Source: Candidatus Latescibacterota bacterium (GTDB taxonomy: Bacteria; Latescibacterota; UBA2968; GCA-2709665). From it: a DNA stretch of 64,000 nucleotides. Below the pieces are notes generated by a model that did not search any database, was not told the origin of the DNA, and saw only the letters and a program-made list of their open reading frames with translations. Position 1 is the stretch's first letter; the number at the start of each line of letters is the position of its first letter. Positions 1 to 9,629 of the stretch are shown here, piece by piece. The translations under genes were made by a program, and so were the position numbers. Location of the stretch: contig CAXXXF010000006.1 in NCBI GenBank assembly GCA_963667175.2, positions 352,001 to 416,000 on the forward strand, given 5' to 3'.

Positions 1-555
1 CGCGCCCCAGCCGCTGCTGCCGGTATGCGTTTTCGGCAGACTTCGCTTGGTCTCGACGCTTTCCGGAATGATGCTGAAGCAGTGGGATTCGTCGTCGACG
101 TCATCCATGTAGAAGATCGCCTGGAGCGCCGGGACGAAAAACTCGTTCTGGTCTGCGCCTTCCACGTTTCCGCTGTCTTCACGATGCCACACGCGCGTGA
201 GACACAGCGGGTCGTCACCGTCCGGATCGTCGGTGGGGTTGACGTCACAGGGTTCACGCCTGAGAAACGTCAAACCGGACAGCCCGGCGCCCGGACCCAG
301 GATACGTCGGACAAGGGGCGCGATTGAGGGATGGCAGACCAGCCCGTCCAGGGCCTCCGTCCGGTGGAGGAGTTCGGGCGCGTCGCAGCCCACGGACAGA
401 TGACCGGACGCGGTGGGAGACGGCTCCCAGAATTCCGGATGCGCGTCGCGGTCCGCGGCGATTCCCTCGTTGACCCGGGCAACCTCTTCATCGGTCAGTG
501 CGTCCGGGACGACGATATAACCGTTTTCTCTGAAAAACCCGATCGTTTCTTCCAT
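1..555 (-). CDS. Phytanoyl-CoA dioxygenase (PhyH)-family Fe(II)/2OG dioxygenase, 5' part (runs off window edge)
   Basis: Not in the ORF track because there is no stop in the window. Manual translation from ATG 555 gives MEETIGFFRENGYIVVPDALTDEEV...HPSIAPLVRRILG...VWHRED...IFYMDDV...FSIIPES, i.e. the PhyH N-terminal F.ENGY motif, the WH.D/E metal motif and the .iP.S motif. Confidence 0.85.
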   Translation of the reverse strand, partial: MEETIGFFRENGYIVVPDALTDEEVARVNEGIAADRDAHPEFWEPSPTASGHLSVGCDAPELLHRTEALDGLVCHPSIAPLVRRILGPGAGLSGLTFLRREPCDVNPTDDPDGDDPLCLTRVWHREDSGNVEGADQNEFFVPALQAIFYMDDVDDESHCFSIIPESVETKRSLPKTHTGSSGWGA

Positions 556-916
556 GGATATCTTCCCTCTCGCTACCGGTTCAGCCCGGAGCATCCAGGG
601 GTTCGTCCCCGAACGTTCGTTCTGAGCGTTCCGACCGTTGGAGGAACCGCAACCCGTTTATTGAGAGCCTTCGCCCGTTACAACCACGGGTGCCAACGAG
701 ATGAATAGATAACAACGAGCGGGCATAAGTCAAGGCAAAAACCGCTGCAGCCGCCGTGCGCAAGGATGTTGCCGGGTGGTCATGCGATGGATATATTGTA
801 CGCCGCTCAGCCATCACTGACCGCCATTCTCAAAACCAAGGCGGTGGAAGCACAGTAGGACCACCGGGCAGCCTGTTATTCGACTCCGATTGCCCGAAAC
901 CGCAAGAGGGGCCCCG

Positions 917-2479
917 ATGTCCAGACTTCGGAACGTCAACACGACCGATATCGCGGATGCCATCCGCCTGGGCTGCCGCACGATGTGCAACGTGTTCAAC
1001 GCGGATGACGACAATGTCCCCTTCTTCGGTTCCAGGGTGCTCCCGGAAGCGCGGTTGAGCTTCAGTCCCGTGCATTCCGAATCACACGTTCCCGGGCGCC
1101 ACCTGAACGCATTGCTCAACGCCGAAGATGCGATCGGGATCGAACTGGACGAGCGCTGCATCGACAACCACGCCAGCGCCGCCTTTCTTGCGTACAGCGG
1201 GCCCGTTGCCCTGCCGATCAACCGGGACGAGGCTGGGGGACCGCCAGTCAACTTCACGCCGCATAACTGCCGGGAAGGATTCCATGCGTTGTACCCCCTG
1301 GTCCGTTTCAGACATTCCGAACGCGCCAGGGAGTTCGCCGAAGCCAGTATCCGCGCAATTTTGAAAACCTGGAGTCCGATGGCCGGCTGGGACTACGATA
1401 CCCTCGAAGACGAACTGGGACTCCGTGTCCACCGCTCCACCTACGTCGTCGGGCTCGGACGTTCCATCGGACCACTGATGAAATACTATAAGGCGACGGG
1501 ATACGGCGCCGCACTCGACCTGGCTATCGTCCTGAAGGACAAGGCGCTGGAGTTTTTCACCGAGAGCGGGGACTACAACCGCGAGACCTTCGGTTCGCAT
1601 ACGCACTCCACCACGTGCGTGATGTCTTCCCTCGCCCAGTTCGCCGAACTGACGGCTGACGCCCACCTGATGCGCCGTGTAAAAGCCTTCTACGACAACG
1701 GTCTCCGCGAATTCACCGATCCGCTCGGTTGGGTCATCGAAAACAGCGGAGACGAAGCGCCGGCCGACCGGGGAGAAATCAACAACTCCGGCGACATACT
1801 GGAAACCGCGCTCATCCTCGGCCGATGGGGATATCCCGAGTATTATGGCGACGCGGAACGCATTCTTCGGTCCCATATTCTGCCTTCCCAGCTGCGCGAC
1901 GTGTCGTTTATCAGTGACCAGCCCAATCCCGAGGGTGAGGACGGCAAACGGGCCGTGGCCGATCGTCACCTGGGAGCTTTCGGCTTTCCTGCCCCCTACG
2001 GGCACCATCCGATCGACGTGGAAACGATCAGTTTCAACATGGACATCGTGGGCGGCGGTGTGGCCTCACTCTGTGAGGCCTACCGGGAAATTGTTCGTAC
2101 CGACGGAGCGGGCCACCGCGTCAATCTGCTGTTCGATCACGATTCGCCGGCACTGAGGATCGAATCCCCCTATACGCATCCGGCGCTGCGCGTCCGCGTA
2201 AAACGCGCCGGGCCACTGTTCGTACGTATCCCCTCATGGGTGGATGCATCACAAATCAACGTTCGCGGCGCGCGGGAGGGGCCGCGGCAAACGAACGGCT
2301 ATCTCTATATCGCCCGCCCTCCGCTCAACCGTACCATGACGTTCGAGTTTCCGCTCACCGAACGGGAAATCGTCCTGGACCACCGTACCCGGCAAATCCG
2401 CGCGAGGCTGCGGGGAGACGAAGTCGTGGCGATGGACAACTTCGGCGCGGACCTGACGTTTTTCGATCCGTACGAGTAA
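917..2479 (+). CDS. Hypothetical protein, probable (alpha/alpha)6-barrel plus beta-sandwich, distantly GH127/GH146-like
   Basis: Long ORF; ATG 917 follows GAGGGG; C-terminal 'LRVRVKRAGPLFVRIPSWV' resembles the l.vRiP.W sandwich motif of GH127-like proteins; first gene of a catabolic operon. Confidence 0.55.
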   Translation: MSRLRNVNTTDIADAIRLGCRTMCNVFNADDDNVPFFGSRVLPEARLSFSPVHSESHVPGRHLNALLNAEDAIGIELDERCIDNHASAAFLAYSGPVALPINRDEAGGPPVNFTPHNCREGFHALYPLVRFRHSERAREFAEASIRAILKTWSPMAGWDYDTLEDELGLRVHRSTYVVGLGRSIGPLMKYYKATGYGAALDLAIVLKDKALEFFTESGDYNRETFGSHTHSTTCVMSSLAQFAELTADAHLMRRVKAFYDNGLREFTDPLGWVIENSGDEAPADRGEINNSGDILETALILGRWGYPEYYGDAERILRSHILPSQLRDVSFISDQPNPEGEDGKRAVADRHLGAFGFPAPYGHHPIDVETISFNMDIVGGGVASLCEAYREIVRTDGAGHRVNLLFDHDSPALRIESPYTHPALRVRVKRAGPLFVRIPSWVDASQINVRGAREGPRQTNGYLYIARPPLNRTMTFEFPLTEREIVLDHRTRQIRARLRGDEVVAMDNFGADLTFFDPYE

Positions 2480-2569
2480 ACCCACCGACGATAAACCGGA
2501 TAGCCGTCGTCGCGACGCCAACGTCCCTGGCCTACCGGGACAGGACCGCGCCACGGAAAGGAGCAAGAT

Positions 2570-3664
2570 TTGAAGATTACCCACGTCAGCGCCACCCCGA
2601 TCCGCGTACCGCGCCCGCAGACCTTCAGCAGCAGCCTCGGGCGCAGCCAGGAGACCGAGAACGCGATCGTCGAAATACAGACAGACGAAGGCATTACCGG
2701 GGTTGGCGAAGTGTGCAGCATCTGGGACCGCAAGGGCCGCGGTCAGGCCGAAGATATCAACGACCTGCTCGCGGCGGCGCTCTCGGGCCGGGACCCATTC
2801 CGCATCGCTGAGATCCACGCGCTGATGAACAGCCTGTTGCATCGCTCCGAACCGGCGAAGGCCGGTGTGGACATGGCCCTGTACGACATCGTCGGCAAAG
2901 CGCTTGACACGCCGGTCTACAACCTGCTGGGCGGGCTGGTGCGGGACCGCGTCCTGCTCAGCCATTCGCTGTCCATGGGCGAACCGGATCAGATCGCCGA
3001 ACAGGCCGCCGCGCTCGCGAATCGGGGATACCGGACGCTCAAGGCGAAGATCGGGATGGACCCGGAAGCCGATCTCGCCACAGTCAAGGCCATTCGCGAG
3101 GGCGTGGGAAACGACGTCGTCCTGCGCGTGGACGCCAACATGGGCTGGCGCAACGCCAAAGAGGCCGTCCGAAACATCAAGAGCATCGAACCCTTCCGGC
3201 TCGAACTGGTGGAGCAGCCGCTTCACTTCAGCGACCTGGAGGGTCTGCGGCACATCCGGGATCACGTAGACACACCCATAATGGCGGACGAGAGCGTCTG
3301 GACGCCGACCGACGCGATGGCATGCATCAAGGCCGCAGCCGTGGACGTCTTCAATGTCTACGTGGCCGAAGCCGGAGGCATCTATCCCGCCGCGCAGATC
3401 TTCGCCATTGCCGAAGCCACCCGGCTGCCCTGCATCATCGGGAGCATGCCCGAACTGGGTATCGGGACCTCCGCCCAGGCTCACCTCGCGTTTGCCATGC
3501 GAAACCTGGGGTACGCCAGCGACGTGAACGGCTTCGTGTACCACGCGGACGACGTCATCCTCGAAACCCTGAAGATAGAGGACGGCCACCTTCTGCCGCC
3601 GCCGGGACCGGGGCTGGGCGTGAGCCTGGACCGGGATAAAATGGAGAAATATCGGATCGTGTGA
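2570..3664 (+). CDS. Enolase superfamily protein (mandelate racemase/muconate lactonizing enzyme family)
   Basis: TDEGITGVGE, 'AGVDMALYDIVGKALDTPVYNLLGG', KxK (KAK), metal ligands VDAN/VEQP/ADES; AAGGAG RBS before TTG start. Confidence 0.93.
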   Translation: MKITHVSATPIRVPRPQTFSSSLGRSQETENAIVEIQTDEGITGVGEVCSIWDRKGRGQAEDINDLLAAALSGRDPFRIAEIHALMNSLLHRSEPAKAGVDMALYDIVGKALDTPVYNLLGGLVRDRVLLSHSLSMGEPDQIAEQAAALANRGYRTLKAKIGMDPEADLATVKAIREGVGNDVVLRVDANMGWRNAKEAVRNIKSIEPFRLELVEQPLHFSDLEGLRHIRDHVDTPIMADESVWTPTDAMACIKAAAVDVFNVYVAEAGGIYPAAQIFAIAEATRLPCIIGSMPELGIGTSAQAHLAFAMRNLGYASDVNGFVYHADDVILETLKIEDGHLLPPPGPGLGVSLDRDKMEKYRIV

Positions 3665-3706
3665 ACCCGTGTCCCGATCTCCTTCAAATGAAACCTGGAG
3701 CACGCC

Positions 3707-5041
3707 ATGACAAACGCCAGAGCCGGATGGGCCGAAGTAGAAACCACACCGCCACTCGGATTGCCCATGGGAGGACGCGGCCCGCGTTTTACACCCGGCG
3801 CACACATCCTGGACCCGCTCTACGCACAGGCCACCGTACTGGAAGATTCCAGGGGAAAGAGGACTCTTTGGATATCCGCAGACCTCATCGGGCTCGCGCC
3901 GGTGATCGCGGAACCTCTCCGGTACGACCTCTCCGCGCTCACCGGGATTCCCATCGAAGCCGTTGTCCTGAATTTCTCGCACACCCACAGCGGTCCCATG
4001 GGCGGCTTTGAAGGCTACGCCACAACAGTGCCGAAGCCGCGCGAACTCCACGCGTATGACGAGTCCCTTTGCCGAAACATCGTTCGTGCGGCGCTCGAAG
4101 CGGCGGGCAACCTTCAACCGGTTGCTGTAACCGAGTACCGGGCCGCGTCGGCGGTGGGCATCAACCGCCGCGGGAAGAACCCGTCGGGTGAGATTCGGAT
4201 GGGGCCCAATCCGGATGGCGCGCACAACCCGGACCTGTGGCTGATCGACGTTTCGGCGACGGAGAGCGACAACCGGTGTGTTCTATTCAGCTACGGATGC
4301 CATCCGGTGATTGTCTACGGTTACGCCTGGGACGGCATCTCGGCCGACTATCCCGGGGTTTGCCGCGCCGCGCTCCGGTCGGAACTCGGCGCGAACGTCC
4401 AGTGCCAATTCATCCAGGGCCTCGCGGGAAATATCAGGCCCCGCGTTCTGGCCGATCCGGACCAGGGCACATTCCGAAAGTCAACGCCCGCCGACACCGA
4501 GGCCGCGGGAACTGAACTCGCACGCGATATTATCGGCGCACTTCGCAACAAGGGCACGCCGTTGGATCTGGACGTCGCGGCGGTTCAGGGACGATTCCTC
4601 GCCCCGCGCGATCAGACGAAAATACCGCCCGTGGACCACTGGCGGTCGCTCCTGGATTCGGAAGATGAACTCAGCCGGAATCTGGCCGGCTACTGGGTCG
4701 CGCGGCTCGAGAGCGGCGTTCCGCCGGTCAAGGTGGTGCCCTGGCCGGTGGGTCTGATAAGGCTCTCGGAAAGACGCCGGATCGCCTGGATCGCGGGCGA
4801 GGTCCTGGCCGAATGGCTGGACCTCGTGAGAACCTGGCTCAACGATCCCGACCTGATCGCCTGGGGCTACTGCCAGGAGGGGCGGGGCTATCTGCCCACC
4901 GACGAACTCCTGCCGGAAGGTGGATACGAGGTCGACCGTGCCAACACGTACACCGTCACCGGACCCGGTCCCTTCTCGCAAGGACTCGATGCGGCGGCGC
5001 GGGAGACCTTTCTTTCGCTGGCCCGTCAACTCCGGATCTGA
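3707..5041 (+). CDS. Neutral/alkaline ceramidase N-terminal-like metallo-amidohydrolase
   Basis: TPPLGLPMGG, DPLYAQA, SHTHSGP, GINRR, YGCHP, ISADYPG, QGLAGN, GYLPT...EGGYE motifs. Confidence 0.8.
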   Translation: MTNARAGWAEVETTPPLGLPMGGRGPRFTPGAHILDPLYAQATVLEDSRGKRTLWISADLIGLAPVIAEPLRYDLSALTGIPIEAVVLNFSHTHSGPMGGFEGYATTVPKPRELHAYDESLCRNIVRAALEAAGNLQPVAVTEYRAASAVGINRRGKNPSGEIRMGPNPDGAHNPDLWLIDVSATESDNRCVLFSYGCHPVIVYGYAWDGISADYPGVCRAALRSELGANVQCQFIQGLAGNIRPRVLADPDQGTFRKSTPADTEAAGTELARDIIGALRNKGTPLDLDVAAVQGRFLAPRDQTKIPPVDHWRSLLDSEDELSRNLAGYWVARLESGVPPVKVVPWPVGLIRLSERRRIAWIAGEVLAEWLDLVRTWLNDPDLIAWGYCQEGRGYLPTDELLPEGGYEVDRANTYTVTGPGPFSQGLDAAARETFLSLARQLRI

Positions 5042-5120
5042 TTCTCCGCCGGAACTGTGTCCCTGAGCGGGCCGCCAGACAACGCGCCTTGAAGCGTTAC
5101 CAACACTCGCCGAAACAGAA

Positions 5121-7934
5121 TTGAAAGAACCTCGAATGGTGAACGACTGGCTCGAAACCTGGCACGGTGAATTCGATATCCCTGAAATGCAGGACCCGGG
5201 CCGATGGCGCCGATACCGGTCTCGCGTCCGCCATCCCGCAACCATCTTCTCACCGGAGGACATCGACCGCGCCCGGGAAAACGTCTCCCGGCACCCATGG
5301 GCCCGAAAGGCCCTGGAGACGCTTCTGGAGAGAGTCGACGCTGCCGGGGCGGTTTCCCGGGTGTGGGCGCGGACGTACGTGCCGTCAACGACACCCTATT
5401 CGCCCCATTTCACCATGTGTCCGAAGTGCGAGTTCGCGCCCATGCACGGCGCATACGACTGGAGTCCGGACGATCCTGCGCACATTCGATGCAAGGGTTG
5501 CGGCGCCGTGTATCCCAACGACGATTATCCGGAAGACGTGGTTTTCGAAAGTCGCTTCGACCCCCGGCAGAAAATCACGCTCTACGGCGGAAAGTCCTGG
5601 CAGGCCTATGGATATGCCGCCATCCGCTCCAGCTTTTCCGGCCATGCCCGCATCCACCGGTGCCGGCACGCCGCCAATACCGCCGAAGACCTGGCGCTGG
5701 CCTACGCCCTGACGGGAGAAAGGGAGTACGCGACGGGCGCCGCTCTGGTCCTGAAGCGGTTTGCGGACGTCCATCCCAAGTATCTCGTACATTCCTCGTA
5801 CGGCGACATCGCGGATCTGGATCCGAAGATCGCCGCCACCCGGGTCGACAATCTGCCCGAAGACGAGTGGTGCCCGCCGGGAAACCGGCCGAACCGGAAG
5901 CTCCATCCCGGATACTGGGCCGTACTGCGCTGGGGCTCCTCCGGAGGGATGGAAGGCGCCTCCCTCCAAAAACTCATCCTCGCCTACGACCTGGTCGCCG
6001 AAACCCTGTCTGACGCGGAAAAACGGCATATCGAGCACGACCTGCTGCTCGACGCGGCCGTGATGCTCTTCTCGGACAACGTCATCAACAACAAGACCGG
6101 AATGAACCGATGCGCCGTGGGCCTGATCGGAATCGTCTGCGGCGATCCGCTGCTGATCCGGTTCGGCCTCGACGGCTTTGTGAGGGCCGTGCGAGACTGG
6201 TGGCTGCCCGACGGCGGAACGCCTGAATCCATCGGGTACGCAGGAATGATGCTCTCCGGCATCTGGCGTCTCGCCGAAGCCCTCAGGCGCTATTCGGATC
6301 CGGATGGCGCCGGTTACCCGCCCGCGCAGCTGCATCGAGTAGACCTCTACAGCTGGCCGCGCTACCGTGCGGTCTGGCAGAACATGGCCCGTCCGCTCCT
6401 TCCGGATCTGGACTATCCGCTGCTGGCCGACAACCGGCTGCCCTGTCACCTCTCCGCCATGTTCGCCGACGTCCTCGCGCGCAATTACCCGTCCGAAAAC
6501 CACCGCATGCTTCAACGCGATATCGCGAAGACGGACCGCTGCTATGCCGGCCGAATCGCACAGTTCTGGTACGGCGGCAACCTGGACACGTCCGCCGCCT
6601 TCTACCGACGGCCCGTTTCACTGCCCGATCAGCCGCCCCGGTTCGCAGACGACCTGGGTCCCCACCTGAACGTCGGAACCCAGCGCACGGGGCGCAGGGG
6701 AAACGGCGCCGCGGTCATCCTTAACGGCGCAGACTTCAAAGGGCATCACCATCACGACCATCTCAATCTCTACTACTGGAAAGACCGGCGTGAACTGCTC
6801 ACCGATCTCGGCTATCTGTGGGACATGGAGGAACTCCGCTACGGCGTCAATCGCACCTTCGCGCACAATCTGGTCGTCGTGGACGGCAAGGAACAGATGA
6901 CGCGCGGCCGCCGTGCGACCTTTCACCTCTTTTCGGCATGTCCGCGGGCGAAGGTGATGGAGGCTTCGTCAAACGTCTACCCGGGCGCCTCGATCTACCG
7001 GCGGACCATCGCCACCGTCGGCAGCGGTCCGGGCGAGTACGTCGTGGATATCTTTCGCGTCAGGGGAGGCGAAAGACACGATTGGGTCATGCACGGACCG
7101 GACCGATCCATCGCGCTTTCCGGCATACGGACCAGGCCGGCAGACGAGGAAATTTACGATCTCACGCGGGTCCGGGCGGGCCGATCCGTGTCCCCCTGGT
7201 CGGCCGCGTGGACGCCCGGCAGCCGGAAGCCATTCCGTGTGCACGTCCCGGCGCACGAAGCCGAACAGGTCTATATCGGTCAGGGATTCGGCCAGCGCAA
7301 AGCCCGCGACAGGGGCGCCACCGTACCGTACATCGTGCGGCGTCGAGTCATCGGCGACAGCACCTTTGTTACGGTATATGCCGATGGTGAAGCCGTCACG
7401 TCCGTGCGCATCCTCTACCTGAACCCGGCCACCATGGCGACAGTCGTTGAGGTCGCAACGAACACGGGGAGGGATCTGTTGATCAGTGCAGGAGACGGAC
7501 AGACCCCGGAAACCGTCGAGCGACAGGATCCCGCCCTGCGTTTCAATGGCCGTTTCGGTTTGATTTCAGCGGGAGCCGCCTGGCTGGTGGGGGGCGCCTG
7601 TCTGCAACAGGGCGAAATCACACTCGGGAACGACTTCCCGGCGCAGTCGGGCCCGGTCCTGGAAACACGCATTGCCGAAAGGGAATCCGGCCTGGTGACC
7701 ACTGGCGACGCGAGCAGGTTGCGCCGTTTGGAGGGCGGTTACATCTTCGTGACCGACAGCCGGCGGATGGTCCGCGCTTACCCCGTTCTCGCGCTCGCCG
7801 AGTCCCGGGGTCATCCCATGCTGGTCACCCGACGCGGCGACAGGGGTTACGATATCCGCGCCGGCGAGACGTGGACGGCCTGGACGGAGACGTTCCGGAC
7901 ATTGAGAAGGACCGCGGAAACCTGTGTGACTTGA
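5121..7934 (+). CDS. Heparinase II/III-like polysaccharide lyase family protein
   Basis: 937 aa; DGGTPESIGY, GHHHHDHLNL, LLTDLGY, AHNLVVVDG, YRRT...YVVDIFRVRGG..HDW motifs; no clear signal peptide; start could be 5121 or 5136. Confidence 0.85.
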   Translation: MKEPRMVNDWLETWHGEFDIPEMQDPGRWRRYRSRVRHPATIFSPEDIDRARENVSRHPWARKALETLLERVDAAGAVSRVWARTYVPSTTPYSPHFTMCPKCEFAPMHGAYDWSPDDPAHIRCKGCGAVYPNDDYPEDVVFESRFDPRQKITLYGGKSWQAYGYAAIRSSFSGHARIHRCRHAANTAEDLALAYALTGEREYATGAALVLKRFADVHPKYLVHSSYGDIADLDPKIAATRVDNLPEDEWCPPGNRPNRKLHPGYWAVLRWGSSGGMEGASLQKLILAYDLVAETLSDAEKRHIEHDLLLDAAVMLFSDNVINNKTGMNRCAVGLIGIVCGDPLLIRFGLDGFVRAVRDWWLPDGGTPESIGYAGMMLSGIWRLAEALRRYSDPDGAGYPPAQLHRVDLYSWPRYRAVWQNMARPLLPDLDYPLLADNRLPCHLSAMFADVLARNYPSENHRMLQRDIAKTDRCYAGRIAQFWYGGNLDTSAAFYRRPVSLPDQPPRFADDLGPHLNVGTQRTGRRGNGAAVILNGADFKGHHHHDHLNLYYWKDRRELLTDLGYLWDMEELRYGVNRTFAHNLVVVDGKEQMTRGRRATFHLFSACPRAKVMEASSNVYPGASIYRRTIATVGSGPGEYVVDIFRVRGGERHDWVMHGPDRSIALSGIRTRPADEEIYDLTRVRAGRSVSPWSAAWTPGSRKPFRVHVPAHEAEQVYIGQGFGQRKARDRGATVPYIVRRRVIGDSTFVTVYADGEAVTSVRILYLNPATMATVVEVATNTGRDLLISAGDGQTPETVERQDPALRFNGRFGLISAGAAWLVGGACLQQGEITLGNDFPAQSGPVLETRIAERESGLVTTGDASRLRRLEGGYIFVTDSRRMVRAYPVLALAESRGHPMLVTRRGDRGYDIRAGETWTAWTETFRTLRRTAETCVT

Positions 7935-7964
7935 AACACCGCTCGGCGCGACTTTCCGTATCGC

Positions 7965-7990
7965 GGAACTTCGAACGGTCCGATGCGTTT
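7965..7990 (+). promoter_or_regulatory. Possible ECF-type promoter for the 8043 gene
   Basis: GGAAC-N16-CGTTT about 50 nt upstream of ATG 8043. Confidence 0.3.
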
Positions 7991-8042
7991 CAGAGTTATC
8001 CCTCTTCAGCGTTCCTCCAATTTTCCGCAGGAGGCCTCACCA

Positions 8043-8459
8043 ATGACCGGCACTTCACTTCGCGCCCTTGCGGCTGTTGTCTTTCTCCACGTTTTCGCGG
8101 AACCGACTTCGGGAGGTCCGCCCGCGTCCGCCGACTCATTAAAAATCAGGCCGCCGCAACGCCTGCAGGTTTTGCCCGGTCCGAATAACCTGAAAGGCCT
8201 GCGTCAGAGGCTGAATCGAAAACGGCTGATCGAGAAAGAAGAAGCAATAATCGCATTTATGCTCCGGAACCTGGCGGTCCGGCGTTCGCCGCTGGATAAC
8301 ATGCCCCTCGTGAACCCCGGCGCCGGGCTTGCGTACAACATGCCCATTGCGAGGCCGAACCCTCTCATAGACTACAAGATGCTCTTCCCTGGAACGCCGT
8401 CCCTCCCGGACACCAGGGCGCCGGTCCAGCCCGGCACCTGGCGATTCAAGCAAAAGTAA
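8043..8459 (+). CDS. Small putative secreted hypothetical protein
   Basis: AGGAGG RBS; signal-peptide-like N-terminus (MTGTSLRALAAVVFLHVFA); followed by an intrinsic terminator. Confidence 0.65.
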   Translation: MTGTSLRALAAVVFLHVFAEPTSGGPPASADSLKIRPPQRLQVLPGPNNLKGLRQRLNRKRLIEKEEAIIAFMLRNLAVRRSPLDNMPLVNPGAGLAYNMPIARPNPLIDYKMLFPGTPSLPDTRAPVQPGTWRFKQK

Positions 8460-8474
8460 CGCGTCGGAATCCAG

Positions 8475-8506
8475 AAAGGGCTCCGGGTTTTTCCGGAGCC
8501 CTTTTT
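8475..8506 (+). terminator. Rho-independent terminator
   Basis: AAAGGGCTCCGG-GTTTTT-CCGGAGCCCTTT(TT): 12-bp perfect stem ending in a T-run. Confidence 0.85.
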
Positions 8507-8598
8507 GCCGTCCGATTCAATCGCTTACCGGGCTGGACCGACCCGGAACGACCCTGGATCGCGTCGCATCCGGCGCTGCTGGTTGCAGAGAATTACGC

Positions 8599-8627
8599 TT
8601 GACACCCACATATCGCTTTTGTATTTT
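8599..8627 (+). promoter_or_regulatory. Sigma70 promoter for tRNA-Thr
   Basis: TTGACA-N17-TATTTT, 55 nt upstream of the tRNA. Confidence 0.7.
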
Positions 8628-8682
8628 ACACGCTCTCGATACTGAACGATAATGATCTGTTTTTCATTGCTTTAGCGCTTTA

Positions 8683-8757
<75 letters not shown>

Positions 8758-8758
<1 letters not shown>

Positions 8759-8809
8759 CAAAGAGAAAAGGGCTGGTGTGATTCGATACACAAGCCCTTT
8801 TCTCTTTGT
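8758..8809. terminator. Long bidirectional terminator between the tRNA and tal
   Basis: ACAAAGAGAAAAGGGCT...AGCCCTTTTCTCTTTGT 17-bp inverted repeat between convergent genes. Confidence 0.85.
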
Positions 8810-8842
8810 CGGCTGAATCTGTTGGCCAGGTGTCGCTGCGGA

Positions 8843-9511
8843 TCACACGATAACCGTCTCCCGCTGGTTTTCCTTCCACGCGTTCCAATCGTCCAAAAAG
8901 CGCTCCAGACCGTCATCCGTCAGTGGATGCGCCAGCAGTTTCTTCAACACGTCCGGCGGCAACGTGGACACATCCGCCCCGTAGCGGGCGGCATCGATGA
9001 CATGCAGGGGGTGCCGCAAGCTGGCCGCAAGGACCTCGGTCCCGAATCCATAGTTGTCGTAAATCTGTCGTATGGTCTTGATCAACTCCATGCCGACGTG
9101 CCCGATATCGTCCAGGCGTCCGAGAAAAGGGCTGATGTAGGACGCACCGGCCTTCGCGGCCAGAAGCGCCTGATTCGCGGAAAAGCACAGTGTAACGTTG
9201 GTTCTGATCGCTTCATCGCTGCAGGCCTTGATCGCCTTCAGGCCGTCCAGCGTTATCGGGACCTTGACCACCACGTTGTCGTGGATGCTCGCAAGATGGC
9301 GTGCTTCCTGGAGCATCAATCTCCACTCGGTACTCACGACCTCGGCGCTGACCGGCCCGTCCACCAGCTCGCAGATTTCCAGTACGATCTGCTCAAACGC
9401 GCCTTCTTCCTTTGAAATATGCGTCGGATTGGTTGTCACACCATCCAGCACCCCCATCTCGTTGGCCTCACGTATCTCATCCAGATTGGCCGTGTCGATA
9501 AAAAACTTCAT
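8843..9511 (-). CDS. tal: Transaldolase (TalC/MipB-type)
   Basis: [21 protein letters not shown]; Glu in 'SAEV' and Phe in 'SPFLGR' indicate transaldolase rather than FSA (Gln/Tyr). Confidence 0.93.
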   Translation of the reverse strand: MKFFIDTANLDEIREANEMGVLDGVTTNPTHISKEEGAFEQIVLEICELVDGPVSAEVVSTEWRLMLQEARHLASIHDNVVVKVPITLDGLKAIKACSDEAIRTNVTLCFSANQALLAAKAGASYISPFLGRLDDIGHVGMELIKTIRQIYDNYGFGTEVLAASLRHPLHVIDAARYGADVSTLPPDVLKKLLAHPLTDDGLERFLDDWNAWKENQRETVIV

Positions 9512-9629
9512 CGCTCGCCCTCCTGCGGTAGGGTTGTCGAGGGAGACGGATCCTGTTGTGAAATCGGGGAATCGTCGGGTGATTGGCTGAAAAAGCCCGT
9601 CAATGTACGAGGCTTCGGGTCTCAGTGAC

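Noticed and set aside
25-708. Plus-strand ORFs 25-327 and 331-708
   Set aside because: Antisense to the PhyH gene on the minus strand.
2249-4225. 658-aa minus-strand ORF (likewise 36334-37806, 28170-29681, 45022-46413)
   Set aside because: Antisense shadows of well-supported genes in GC-rich DNA; no recognisable motifs.
8843-9511. Fructose-6-phosphate aldolase (fsa)
   Set aside because: Has the Glu/Phe pair of transaldolases, not Gln/Tyr.
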